DNA of 64,000 nt from the NCBI GenBank assembly GCA_963755715.1, contig CAVWLW010000003.1, positions 64,001-128,000 on the forward strand, in the 5' to 3' direction. Shown piece after piece: positions 43,260-53,235 of this stretch (the first letter of the stretch is position 1; every line of letters starts with the position of its first letter). The translations under genes and the position numbers were made by a program. The notes under the pieces are model-generated. The model was not told where the DNA came from and made no database searches. It saw only the letters and a list, made by a program, of their open reading frames with translations. The stretch comes from an uncultured delta proteobacterium. Lineage in GTDB: Bacteria; Desulfobacterota; Binatia; UBA9968.

Positions 43260-44456
43260 TCAGGCCGGTTCGGAGCGGAGATTTTGTGACTGGATCAAAG
43301 CGAAGATCAATCCCAATGACTGCAGCGCGGCCAACGCCAGAAACATGCCGACGTAGCCGGCGACTTCGACAGTGCTGCCGGTGAGGAGCGAGCCGACGCC
43401 ATAGCTCAGCGGGTAAGCGATCGAGAACGTCGCCATTTGTTTGCCGCGGCGCTCCGGATCAGCGCGCTCCAGAGCGAGCGCCAGTGTCGTCGAGCTGCCC
43501 AAGGCGTTGCCGAGCATGTAGAGCATGCCGCAACTGATCATGCCGGCGAGAGTCGAAACCGTCGTGATCGCCAGCAAGCCGATGATCTGCAAGCCAAATC
43601 CCGCGGCGATCGAAAGATCGCGGCCGATTTGATCCGAAAGGCGTCCGAGCAGCGGACGCGCGAGCAGGCTCGTGACGCCGACGACGATGAAAAAAGAGCC
43701 GAAATTGATGATGCCCAGTTCGCGCGCATAAAGCACGCTGAAGTTCGTGATCGACGGCAGCGAGAGATTGAGCCAGAGGAGCATCACCGACGGCAGCAAG
43801 ATATCGAGCTCGATGAAATGAAAGATCTCGCGCCACCACTGGCGCGAGAGTTCGGGGGACGCGTTTGATCGGGCGCGATGCGTCACGTGGCGAGCCATGG
43901 TGGCCCCAAGCGCTGCTCCAATCCAGGAAAAAATCGCAGTCGCTAGAAACGCCGCGGTGAAACCACCGAACCACACTTGGAGAAGCCACAGAGCGAAGGC
44001 GGGAAACAGGATCGACGACGCGCTTTGCACCCCACTGTAAACCCCCGAGGCTTCGCCGCGGCGCGACTGCGGCGCGATGTGCGCCAAGAGCGAGTAGCCG
44101 CCGGTATTGAGACCACCCCAGCCGATGCCGCGCAAACCGTTGGCGAGCATGGTGGTTCCTATCCAGGGAATGAAGCAGAAAAAAATACTCGCGCCCTGAA
44201 ACAACAAGCCCGCGATCATGACACCTGCTTCGCTCCAACGATCGGCCCAATGGCCGACGAGGGGCCGGATGATGACGCTGGTAGCGGCGAAGGTGGCAAG
44301 CACCATGCCGACGATAAAAGGCGAGCCGCCGAGCTGCGTGACATAGAGCGGTAAGATCGGCGCGAGCATGGCATTCTGCGCGTAGCCTAAAAACTGTGCC
44401 GCGCACAGGAGCAAAAACGTCCGGGTCCAGAGGGAATCGGGTTTCGCGGTCGTCAT
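43260..44456 (-). CDS. MFS transporter, tandem paralog of the neighbour
   Basis: WTRTFLLLCAAQFLGYAQ versus WTRAFALLCLAEFLGYAQ; GHWADRW, GRLSDQIGR. Confidence 0.92.
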   Translation of the reverse strand: MTTAKPDSLWTRTFLLLCAAQFLGYAQNAMLAPILPLYVTQLGGSPFIVGMVLATFAATSVIIRPLVGHWADRWSEAGVMIAGLLFQGASIFFCFIPWIGTTMLANGLRGIGWGGLNTGGYSLLAHIAPQSRRGEASGVYSGVQSASSILFPAFALWLLQVWFGGFTAAFLATAIFSWIGAALGATMARHVTHRARSNASPELSRQWWREIFHFIELDILLPSVMLLWLNLSLPSITNFSVLYARELGIINFGSFFIVVGVTSLLARPLLGRLSDQIGRDLSIAAGFGLQIIGLLAITTVSTLAGMISCGMLYMLGNALGSSTTLALALERADPERRGKQMATFSIAYPLSYGVGSLLTGSTVEVAGYVGMFLALAALQSLGLIFALIQSQNLRSEPA

Positions 44457-44716
44457 TCAAATGTCGGGCGGATTCAGATTCTTCGCGCGGACCTGTCGAG
44501 GTTCAGACGAGAACGGCAAAGCGACTCCAAATTAACACGAAGCGAAGGTGGAAGCGAGTTGGATTTTTAAGGCGATACACCGTTCCGTTATCGTTGCGGT
44601 GTTATTTCTGTCGTGTTCCCTTGCAGGCGAATTTCAATTCAGAGCAATCAAACCAATCGTAATACAAATATACCGCTCGGTCGGTCAGGATTTTAGCAAA
44701 TAGTTTTAGTGCTCAG

Positions 44717-45088
44717 TTACCTACAGTGGTTACGCACTGAAGCCACCGCAAACTGATATTGATTATAGCTCTTTATCACTCGACCAAAATCGACAGAACA
44801 GTCATCGCGAAAATTAGGGTTGGAAGTCGCACACGCACCGAACCGGCGAGAATAGCTTTCAACGATCGACGCAACCAGTTTTGCTTGCGCGATGGCAGAC
44901 AGACACATGCCACTCTGATCATCATCCTCAAATCCAGAAGAAGGTTTTTTCTGCTCTTGAGTCTCTTTCGTTGTGTCCTGCTTCTTAGTTTGAGCAAGAA
45001 CGCGCTCAGTTTGCGGCGCCGCTAAGAGAAACAGAGCGATAACGCCACTTATACAAACAATGGAACAGATAGATTTCAATTTAGGCAC
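44717..45088 (-). CDS. hypothetical exported protein with four Cys in the mature part
   Basis: Signal-like N-terminus, low-complexity linker, helical Cys-containing domain; GAGG upstream of the GTG start. Confidence 0.6.
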   Translation of the reverse strand: MPKLKSICSIVCISGVIALFLLAAPQTERVLAQTKKQDTTKETQEQKKPSSGFEDDDQSGMCLSAIAQAKLVASIVESYSRRFGACATSNPNFRDDCSVDFGRVIKSYNQYQFAVASVRNHCR

Positions 45089-45399
45089 CTCACTGCGGTG
45101 ATGGAGTCCCCGCTGCGTCTCTGGCTATGTTCCCAATTTAGGGCTGCGAAGCAGGAAGCGAGCCGCATTGCTCAACTCGCCGCCCCTACTCTTGATGTCA
45201 GCATGATTCGCTCAAACTGTTCAAGCATAGCATTACGGCGCCCGAAAAACATGAGGTCGCAGGCCGTCTCTTAATCGACGCATCCCCGCAGCTGAAAATA
45301 AATCGTCGTTGCGGGCCACTCGTCTAGGACTTCCCGGAAGTTGACTTCTGTGTTCTCCTGTGGCATTTCTGCGGGCCATTATAATTGGGCAGGTACAAC

Positions 45400-45555
45400 A
45401 TGGATGTTTTGAACTGGATTCTCCTGTCTATAGGCGGGATTTGTTTCGCATTGGTGCTTTTGCTTTTGTGGCTCGGCCCGCCCAGTCGACACCATTCGAC
45501 ACTGCTACAGATGCTTCCTTCTAAGCCCCCGCTGACCCATGACGATGCCGATTAA
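45400..45555 (+). CDS. putative small single-TM protein, 51 aa
   Basis: MDVLNWILLSIGGICFALVLLLLWLGPPSRHHSTLLQMLPSKPPLTHDDAD; AGGT RBS and TATAAT at 45380; below the ORF-track cutoff. Confidence 0.45.
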   Translation: MDVLNWILLSIGGICFALVLLLLWLGPPSRHHSTLLQMLPSKPPLTHDDAD

Positions 45556-45607
45556 GCCGCGAAGACGGCAAAGTCGTTAACGGGCTCGCGAATTGCGCTT
45601 GTTCCAG

Positions 45608-45739
45608 TTGCCCGCACAACGAGGAGACCGAGATCGAAATTCGCCAGGTGTTCGAGGCTGAAGACTTGGCGCCGAATTCACTCCCGAGCTGAGGGAGCAA
45701 GAGGATCGCCTTCGCGCTCAGATCGTTGAGAAGAAATAA
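45608..45739 (+). pseudogene. 3' stump of a YciI (DGPF-type) family gene
   Basis: CPHNEETEIEIRQVFEAED/GAEFTPELREQEDRLRAQIVEKK-stop with one indel matches the characteristic C-terminus of this family; no N-terminal half. Confidence 0.7.
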
Positions 45740-46032
45740 TTATCGTGATTTCGTCCGGCATTGGCCAATGATGCCCCGAGTCGATTGCCGTGATGGCTTC
45801 GACAAACACCGCGGGATCGCCCCAGTCCGGCAGCGGCGGTCTCGTGCAGCGTATACGAGGTTGAAACCGTCAAGCATTTTTCGCCCGCGCTGGCCGGGTT
45901 GGATTTGAAGAGCGAGTTTTTCGACAGCCTGTAAAGATCTGACCGCCTAGGTTCTCCAGTCATATTGCTTGCCGCACCCCTTGAAGTGACGATTTCCGCT
46001 GGTTAGTCTTAGTTAATTGCGCCGGGGATTGC

Positions 46033-46515
46033 ATGCTTTACCTGCCTAGCTATGCAGCTGCCTTTCGCTGTATCGGTCAAGAATTGCAAAGCCAAAACAT
46101 CGAAGTATTCGAGTTAAAAAGCTACGCTAATGAGTTTCGCCTGCAATGCGGAGATCCAAATCCACCGTATACGGGTGTCATAGAAATGCTGTTTTCGAAA
46201 GAGAAGATACAGATGATCGATCGTGCGGGGCGAAGACGGCGGGGTCAGTCGATCGGTCAGATACGATTCGACAGCATTCCCGAAATACTTCGCACCGTGG
46301 GGGAATACATCGACAGAAAAAGCGGCTACCTGCGCTGGATTAACAACAGCGGTTCTTCGTCCGAATCGGCTTTGGACCTCGAATATCAAACCAGGGCTGG
46401 ACAGGTCCAGCTGGAAACTCTGACTATGAGTTTCATCCGCGAGGCTTGTGTGCGGATGTATAAAAGACGCGCCGATCTCAACAATCCCGTTAATTTACTG
46501 ACGCGTAAGCGCTAA
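46033..46515 (+). CDS. hypothetical protein, 160 aa, apparent internal duplication
   Basis: SYAAAFRCIGQELQ...RRRR mirrors SIPEILRTVGEYID...YKRR; GGGGA RBS. Confidence 0.7.
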   Translation: MLYLPSYAAAFRCIGQELQSQNIEVFELKSYANEFRLQCGDPNPPYTGVIEMLFSKEKIQMIDRAGRRRRGQSIGQIRFDSIPEILRTVGEYIDRKSGYLRWINNSGSSSESALDLEYQTRAGQVQLETLTMSFIREACVRMYKRRADLNNPVNLLTRKR

Positions 46516-46643
46516 GGTTCATCGTCGGGCCGCAGCAGGTTTTTTCAAGAAGAGATCGTGTTGTGGCTTCCTACAGAATGCGGAGAAGTGTGATCGAGTC
46601 GAAAATAGTAACTCAATACTTCGGCAAGCCTCGGACTTATCGG

Positions 46644-47054
46644 TTATCTCATCCCTCCCGCGGACGCGAAACTTTGATCCGGCATTTCGTGAAGCATCGG
46701 TTCGGGTGAAGGTAACAATTTTTGCCCGTGTCCGACCATCCCAGAAAGAAAATTGTAATCGCATGCATCGCAAATAAGCGCTGAGAGTGGTAGTTGCTCG
46801 GCACAGTTCGGACACTTCTTGAGCGCCGGGATATGGTGTCTTTCAAAGAATCGAGCGGCAGTGGAATTATCCATCGGATCGCTTCTCGCTGTAAAAGATT
46901 TCCTTTTTGCGATCCTGACCGCGAGAAAAACCAGGATCAATGCGATCGCAGAAAAATGAAGAATATTTAAGCCTCCCGCTATCATAAGCGTGCTCCCATC
47001 CGTCACTATGAGTTTCGCTAAGGTGGAAAAATTTCCTGTAATGGCTTCGTACAT
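46644..47054 (-). CDS. membrane-anchored zinc-ribbon protein
   Basis: One TM segment, then KKCPNCAEQLPLSALICDACDYNF; start set at ATG 47054 after GGAG. Confidence 0.7.
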   Translation of the reverse strand: MYEAITGNFSTLAKLIVTDGSTLMIAGGLNILHFSAIALILVFLAVRIAKRKSFTARSDPMDNSTAARFFERHHIPALKKCPNCAEQLPLSALICDACDYNFLSGMVGHGQKLLPSPEPMLHEMPDQSFASAGGMR

Positions 47055-47300
47055 TGGCTTCTCCAAAATGACATGATGTAGAGCAACAGCGGTGCCGCGA
47101 AGCAATCTCTATGAATTACGTGAAAATGACATGCATATCTATAACTACTCCAATAATTTCCAACATCAAACTGCCTCAATTCTACCCGGAGATCGAAAAT
47201 CGGGTTTTTTCGCCCGTGGTCCTTGGGGATGACCGAGAAAAAGTTTTAGTTAGAAACCTATAAGGGAATGCGCCGCGATAAACGGAAAAGAACTGGGTAG

Positions 47301-47519
47301 TCCAAATGGATGAACCTCAAGCCAGCGCAGGCGGCCATAGTCTACGACTCCGTGCGCGAGACTTTCTCCAAGAACGGCGTGCCTACCGAGGAGCAAGCGA
47401 AAGCTTACATCACGATGCTCGGCTCGACCGCCGGACTGAAGGGAGATTTGCCCGCCGCGGCGATATTCGATTTTTCCCCCGCCGCCGAGGCGGCCAAAGA
47501 GTGGGCGGCGAGAAAATAA
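47301..47519 (+). pseudogene. 3' stump of an NMT1/SsuA-like binding protein gene
   Basis: SKWMNLKPAQAAIVYDSVRETFSKNGVPTEE...IFDFSPAAEAAKE parallels the C-termini of the SBPs at 18-24 kb; in-frame TAG at 47298 and lower-GC DNA upstream. Confidence 0.7.
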
Positions 47520-47628
47520 GCATAGCTGCGCACCGAAAGATTCAACGAAACTACACGATGCCTAAAGATGCTCGCAGGAAAAAGCTACCGAACAACGGAC
47601 GGCGCATCGCGAGAAGGGAGTGATAGCA

Positions 47629-48708
47629 ATGGCGCGGCAAACCATGCACAAAGCTTACCGGTTGGCGGCGGTGCTTAGCGTTCTTTTGGCGAGTCACGCG
47701 CGGGTTCAGGCGCAGACGTTGAACGAGCTCGTCGCCGGCGCAAAAAAGGAAGGGGAACTGTCCTTCGTTGCCGGGCCAACGACTTTTGGCGGCCGGCAAG
47801 CCTTTGCGGACCTGCAGGGTATCTTCAACAAAAAATTCGGCCTCAATGCCCGCCTCAACTTGACCGCGGGACCGAGCATGCCGGCAATGGCGGCGCGCAT
47901 CATCACGGAAGCCAAAGCGGGGAGAAAGTCATCGACCGATGTCCATCTCGGTCCGCCGGCGACGCATGCGGAGCTCCACAATGAAAAACTCTTGGAACGC
48001 GTCAACTATTCGACCATCTTTCCCTGGGTGACGAAAGAAATGGAGATTCTGCCGGGTGATACGGTCTTGGTTTACACTTCGCTGCAAGGAATTTTGTACA
48101 ACTCCAAGCTATTGCCCAAGGACAAAGCGCCGAAGACTTACGAAGACCTCGTCGATCCGAAGCTCAGCCAGAGTTGGTCGGGCAAATTGGCCATTCCGCC
48201 CTACAGCTCCTGGTTGGTCGAGTTATCGCTCTTCTGGGGCGAAAAAAAAGTGCTCGATTATCTGCGCAGGCTACTGCCTTTGAGCGCCGGTCAAGTGCGC
48301 TACGGCGAAATCGAAGAGCGCGTGAGCAGCGGCGAGTTTCTCGTCATGGCCAACAGCGGTTCAGCGGTGGAAAGCATGTGGGAGTGGCAGGGCAAGGGGG
48401 CGCCGCTCGTGGGTATCACCGCTTCCGACCCGGTGCTGACGTCCTACTTTCAGCTCGGCGTGCCCAAGAACTCCACGCACCCGAACTTGGCGAAGCTCTT
48501 TGTCGCCTTCATGGCGTCGCCGGAAGCGCAGCGCGTCGTTGAAAAATATGAGCAGCGCTCATCGCATTTGGTGGCGGGAACGCGCATGGCGAAGTATGTA
48601 AAGGAAAACCGTCTAAAACTGCAGAGCGCCGGCGAACTGATCGCCTCGTATCACGAGGGCAAAGGTCTCGAATTTAGAGCCGAGCTCACCAACATGCTCA
48701 AACAGTGA
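47629..48708 (+). CDS. extracellular solute-binding protein, fourth paralog of the Rieske-linked SBPs
   Basis: AKKEGELSFVAGPTTFGG, APKTYEDLVDP, HPNLAKLF, MLKQ end. Confidence 0.88.
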   Translation: MARQTMHKAYRLAAVLSVLLASHARVQAQTLNELVAGAKKEGELSFVAGPTTFGGRQAFADLQGIFNKKFGLNARLNLTAGPSMPAMAARIITEAKAGRKSSTDVHLGPPATHAELHNEKLLERVNYSTIFPWVTKEMEILPGDTVLVYTSLQGILYNSKLLPKDKAPKTYEDLVDPKLSQSWSGKLAIPPYSSWLVELSLFWGEKKVLDYLRRLLPLSAGQVRYGEIEERVSSGEFLVMANSGSAVESMWEWQGKGAPLVGITASDPVLTSYFQLGVPKNSTHPNLAKLFVAFMASPEAQRVVEKYEQRSSHLVAGTRMAKYVKENRLKLQSAGELIASYHEGKGLEFRAELTNMLKQ

Positions 48709-48766
48709 ACACGCTATGCGAGAAAACAAATTGCGCAGCGTGTTTCTGCATTCTGAGCGTGCGGCT

Positions 48767-49489
48767 TCAGCGATTTCCTATCGGCTCCAACCCGCTTTTC
48801 GTGATGGCGTCAGCTGCTTCGGGAGACGATAGAAACCTGACAATCGCGCGAGCTGCATCCGAATCGCTGGTACTTGCCGCGACGCCGGCCGAGAACACGG
48901 AGACTTTCTGCACTTCCGGCGGCAACGGTGTCACGTGGTCTATGCCGGGCACGGGAAGCAACTCGCTCAACTGCTGGAAGCCGATTTCCGCTTCCCCGCG
49001 CGCGACCACGGCGCCAACTCGCTCGCCACCGCCGATTAGCCGGCTTTTACTCATCACCTGGTCGGCTATTCCCAAGCGCTGATATAGCTCGGTGGTGAGA
49101 TATTCGCCGCTTACGCTGGCGGAGTACGCGATGGATTTCGCTTGCAAGAGTGTGTGCTTCAGCGCGTCGACCGTGCCGATATCCGGCTTCGGCGCTCCTG
49201 CCCGCACCGCCATGGCGATGGCCGAGCGCGCGACGGGAGTATAGCTATCGGCCATAATCAGGCTGTCCTTGATGAATCCAACCAGCACTCCGTCCGCGAC
49301 GATGACCACATCGACGGCTTCGCCGCGTCGCAGCCGATTCGGGATCGAGGTTTCTCCCGTCCCTATGGACGTTGCGGCGGTCACGATTTTTTTCTTGGTC
49401 AGGAGTTCGAGTCGGGGAATGAGCTCAAGATAGGCCGCGGTAAATGCGCCCGAGGTCATGACCCGGATGTCATCTGTCATGGTATTCAT
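48767..49489 (-). CDS. ModA-like substrate-binding-fold protein with no signal peptide
   Basis: IRVMTSGAF, IPNRLRRGE, AVRAGAPKPDI, SIAYSASVSG, VARGEAEIGFQQLSEL. Confidence 0.85.
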   Translation of the reverse strand: MNTMTDDIRVMTSGAFTAAYLELIPRLELLTKKKIVTAATSIGTGETSIPNRLRRGEAVDVVIVADGVLVGFIKDSLIMADSYTPVARSAIAMAVRAGAPKPDIGTVDALKHTLLQAKSIAYSASVSGEYLTTELYQRLGIADQVMSKSRLIGGGERVGAVVARGEAEIGFQQLSELLPVPGIDHVTPLPPEVQKVSVFSAGVAASTSDSDAARAIVRFLSSPEAADAITKSGLEPIGNR

Positions 49490-49819
49490 GGTTGGCTTCA
49501 GTTGTACTCTGAAAGTCGTTGCGATTGCCTACTTACAGCTTTTATCCCTAAAGCCTGCGAGTGATCAAGCTGTATGAAGCCGCCGCGATGTGTTCGAGCG
49601 TGTTCGTCGATACGTCTGATTCAAGCCCACGCTTGTGACTCAACATAATGAATGTGGACCTGGCACTTTGGACTGCTGATCAACTGGATTCGCTTTTTGT
49701 ATGATCCGAGTCGAACAAAATAATTCCATTACTCCGGTCCGATTTGATCTAGAACTTTTGGACCCTTGAACTTTGAACGATTTTATTCACATTTAGTGTG
49801 AAGAATAGGAGATCATCCA

Positions 49820-50884
49820 ATGCCAATGATTGATGCCGATACGCATGTCGACGAGTGTGAAGACACCTGGAAGAAGTTGGAGGGCACGCCGTACGCGAAG
49901 TACATACCGGTGACGGTTTCGATGCCGCCGGATGAAGCCAAACGCGCCGGCTATAACGCGACGACCAGCCGCTGCTGGGTGGTTGAAGGCAGGCTGCAGA
50001 ACCGCGCCATCCGAGACGAAGTCAACCATCCTCCCCGGTTGCTACGAGAACTTCAGGACGTGCCGGGCCGCGTCGCTCACATGGACAAGATGGGCGTCGA
50101 CGTGCAGGTCATCTTCCCGACGTTTTTCATCCGCTACAATACCAGCAACGCCGAAGCCGAATGGGCCCTGACCACGACCTACAACCGCTGGCTCGCCGAG
50201 AAATGCGCGCAAACAAACGGAAGGCTGCGCTGGGCGGCTGTGTTGCCGCTGCTTAATCCTGACAAGGCCGTCGAGGAACTGCGTTGGGCGAAAGAGCACG
50301 GCGCCTGCGGTATTTTCAAGCGCGGCTTCGATCTCGACAGGAAGGTCACCGACCCACACTTTTTTCCGATTTACGAGGAAGCCAGCGCGCTCGACCTGCC
50401 TCTGTGCATCCACACCGGCCATCCGCTGCCGGGCCACGAATGGGACAGGGGCTTTCCGATCATGTACTCATTCACCGAGCTGGTGAGCTGCGGTCTTGCA
50501 AAGAAATTCCCGAAACTTCGCTTTGGGCTCATCGAGTCGGGAGCCTCGTGGATTCCCTATACGATCTCCCAGTTGGGCGCGGTAAAACGCCAATCGCTGC
50601 GCGGTCAGCAGAGTCGATTGCCGCGCCTGTTTGAACTGGAACCGGAATTGTTCCGCGCCAACCGGCTGTTCGTCACCATCGACCCGATCGACGACATCGA
50701 GTCTCTGCTGAAGTTCGGCACTGAAGATAACCTGATGATCGGCACCGACTACAGCCATACCGACATCTCCGCCAACCTGAGCGCACTGGACGAAGTCCGC
50801 AGCTGGGCGGACGAGGGCAGGATCAGCAAGGCCCAAGCCCACAAGATTCTGGAGAGCAATTCCAAGGCATTCTACGGCCTGTAG
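49820..50884 (+). CDS. amidohydrolase_2 family protein (decarboxylase/hydratase-like)
   Basis: IDADTH, MDKMGVDVQVIFPT, YNRWLAE, CIHTG, IESG, GTDYSH. Confidence 0.9.
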   Translation: MPMIDADTHVDECEDTWKKLEGTPYAKYIPVTVSMPPDEAKRAGYNATTSRCWVVEGRLQNRAIRDEVNHPPRLLRELQDVPGRVAHMDKMGVDVQVIFPTFFIRYNTSNAEAEWALTTTYNRWLAEKCAQTNGRLRWAAVLPLLNPDKAVEELRWAKEHGACGIFKRGFDLDRKVTDPHFFPIYEEASALDLPLCIHTGHPLPGHEWDRGFPIMYSFTELVSCGLAKKFPKLRFGLIESGASWIPYTISQLGAVKRQSLRGQQSRLPRLFELEPELFRANRLFVTIDPIDDIESLLKFGTEDNLMIGTDYSHTDISANLSALDEVRSWADEGRISKAQAHKILESNSKAFYGL

Positions 50885-51158
50885 AAAAGAAGACTCGGCC
50901 GTGATCGTTGATGTCTTAAACGGCTTGAACGTCTGGAACCATTTGAGCGGCCAAGTCGATCAGTCCCTTGTCAACGGAACTTGCATTGACACCGAGGGCG
51001 GCGCATGGCGCCGCTCTCGGTGCTGACAATCAGGACTTTGTGGTAAGTTTTGCTGCGCAAAATTCTCCGAACGAATTCTCAACAAGAGTTGGGGCGAGAG
51101 ATCGAGTGAAAGCCTTGACCCCTCGCCCCAGGGAGTTTTTGATTGCATGCGCGCCGGC

Positions 51159-51411
51159 TCAGTCGTCATAGGCGCGGCGATTGGAGCTTCTGCAGCAACC
51201 AAAAATGTCGTACAGCGCGCCGGCCGTCCCTCCGACTCCGGCTCCGATCGCGGCGCTTCGGCCAACATTGGAATGCGTGCGCGGCGCCAATGCCGGCACC
51301 CGCTGCTCCGCCAACCGTCGCGCCGGTCAAAGTTCCACAGCCGCCGATTGCAAGCGCCAGCAAGCAGAGGCCGCAAATCGACGTAGTTATACATTTGAAA
51401 AGATCTGTCAT
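51159..51411 (-). CDS. small glycine-zipper lipoprotein (indel near 51280)
   Basis: GAGGAGGT RBS; lipobox IGGC; GATVGGAAGAGIGAA then SAAIGAGVGGTAGALYD after frame correction. Confidence 0.75.
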
Positions 51412-51849
51412 GGGCCACCTCCTCAGAGGAAATACGATCGCAAAACATGTTCCATGATAGTCGCCGCGCAACTGGCGATTCTTTGAAGCCGAAAAAGATA
51501 TCGAATCACGCGAAGTTGCGTTAACTACAGAAAACGAAAGTGTCTGGGAAAACTTACCCGTTTAATAGGTTTCAGACCGGAAGTGTTGCAGGATTTCACT
51601 GACAGATAAAAACGGAATTTCTTACTTCGATTTCAGCCGGGTCTGATCGCCTATTAAGCAATGGAATTTTATCGGTGCCGACAAGTTATTTTTATTTGCT
51701 CTAACGCGGCGCGTATCGCTGCATAAATTTTTTGCTTGGTCCGTGCCGACAATGGTCACGCCGAGAGTAATCTGGTATTGCTAAAAACCGGGTATTAAGA
51801 TGAGAGACAGGCAGAATTTTTCACAACTTGAGCGGCGCACGGGAGGCCG

Positions 51850-52533
51850 ATGAGCACAAACGGCGCGAAGGACATTCAATTTTTTGTCAACGAGAAAGCC
51901 GGCGCAGTGTCCGGTCTTCTTATCAAACCGAGCGATGCGCGCGGGTTGCTTCTGTTGGCGCATGGCGCGGGCGCAGGCATGCGCCACAGATTTATGGAAG
52001 ACTTGGCGGCGAAGCTGGCGCAGCGCGGCGTCGCGACCTTGCGCTATCAGTTTCCTTATATGGAAAAGCGCACCAAACGGCCGGACTCCGAAGGCGTGCT
52101 CACGGACACGGTCCGCGCCGCAGTTACGGCGGCTAAGAAGCAAGCCGGGGATTTGCCGCTGTTTGCCGGCGGAAAGTCGATGGGCGGACGCATGACGTCT
52201 TTGGCGGCGGCCCAAGCGCCGCTGGACGGCGTGCGCGGCTTGATTTTTTTCGGATTCCCGCTGCATGCCGCCGGCCGGCCCGGCGCGGAGCGCGGCGAGC
52301 ATCTCGCGGATGTGACAGTGCCGTTGCTTTTTCTCCAGGGTTCGCGCGATGCGCTGGCGGAGCTGAAGCTTCTCAAGCCGCTCTGCGCAAAGCTCGGCAA
52401 ACGCGCCGAATTGTTCATCGTCAACGGAGGCGATCATTCGTTCCATATGCTCAAGAGCGCCGGAAAGTCGGATGAAGAAGTTTTAGGGACGGTGACCGAT
52501 AAGGCGGCGACGTGGATGGAAAAAAATACATGA
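51850..52533 (+). CDS. alpha/beta hydrolase (KANL3/Tex30-like)
   Basis: AHGAGAGM, GGKSMGG, GFPLH, QGSRD, GDHSF. Confidence 0.88.
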   Translation: MSTNGAKDIQFFVNEKAGAVSGLLIKPSDARGLLLLAHGAGAGMRHRFMEDLAAKLAQRGVATLRYQFPYMEKRTKRPDSEGVLTDTVRAAVTAAKKQAGDLPLFAGGKSMGGRMTSLAAAQAPLDGVRGLIFFGFPLHAAGRPGAERGEHLADVTVPLLFLQGSRDALAELKLLKPLCAKLGKRAELFIVNGGDHSFHMLKSAGKSDEEVLGTVTDKAATWMEKNT

Positions 52534-52628
52534 ATCGTTCAGGTTCGAAGTATGAGGGTTTGGCTCACACCTTGAGACGACGTAGTAGGATGGATTGAGT
52601 GGAGAGACTTCAAGCGAGTTAAATCAGC

Positions 52629-53117
52629 ATGTATCCGACAACTGAAAAAGAAGCCGTCGATGCTCTGAAAGGCGACGATCCAGAGCTCGCAGCCACGGCA
52701 GAAGCGATTCTCTGGAGCGCCTGGTGCCGCTCAGGCGATCCGGAAACCGACCGAATCTTTCGCGCCGGCGTCGAGGCGATGCAGCAGCAAAAATTAGCCG
52801 ACGCAGAAGAGCTGTTCAGCCGCGTCATCGAGCTCAAGCCCGACTTTGCCGAAGGCTGGAACAAGCGGGCGACCGTACGCTTCGTGCGGCGCAATTTTGC
52901 CGGTTCCGTTGCCGATTGCCAGCAGACGCTGGCGCGCAATCCGAATCATTTTGGCGCCGCATCCGGCCAAGGGCTCTGCCACATGTCGCTGAACGAATTC
53001 CGCGAGGCGGCGATCAGCTTTCGCCGCGCATTGGAAATCCATCCGCATTTAGACGCGGTCCGGCACAATCTCGCACTGGCGGAAGCCGAAGGTGGCGGCA
53101 GCGGCTATCTGAATTAG
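52629..53117 (+). CDS. tetratricopeptide repeat protein
   Basis: PDFAEGWNKRA, NPNHFGA, FRRALEIHP. Confidence 0.85.
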   Translation: MYPTTEKEAVDALKGDDPELAATAEAILWSAWCRSGDPETDRIFRAGVEAMQQQKLADAEELFSRVIELKPDFAEGWNKRATVRFVRRNFAGSVADCQQTLARNPNHFGAASGQGLCHMSLNEFREAAISFRRALEIHPHLDAVRHNLALAEAEGGGSGYLN

Positions 53118-53235
53118 CTCCCGGTTTCGGCGTGGCAACCTGATCGAGTGATTAGCCTGTCATCGAACGCACCATCGGATTTCGTCGGCGGGATGCCCGT
53201 GTGTTATTGTTACTCCGGCGAAGATATCTCTTTCT

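Noticed and set aside
27107-48708. TGA stops of SBPs and ROs (27107, 28371, 32674, 48706) as further selenocysteine codons
   Set aside because: They fall at the family C-terminus; a paralog ends at the same MLKQ with TAA (33763); no Cys-aligned position.
49661-49676. Sigma54 promoter TGGCAC...TGC upstream of the amidohydrolase
   Set aside because: GG-to-GC spacing is one base longer than the strict -24/-12 consensus.
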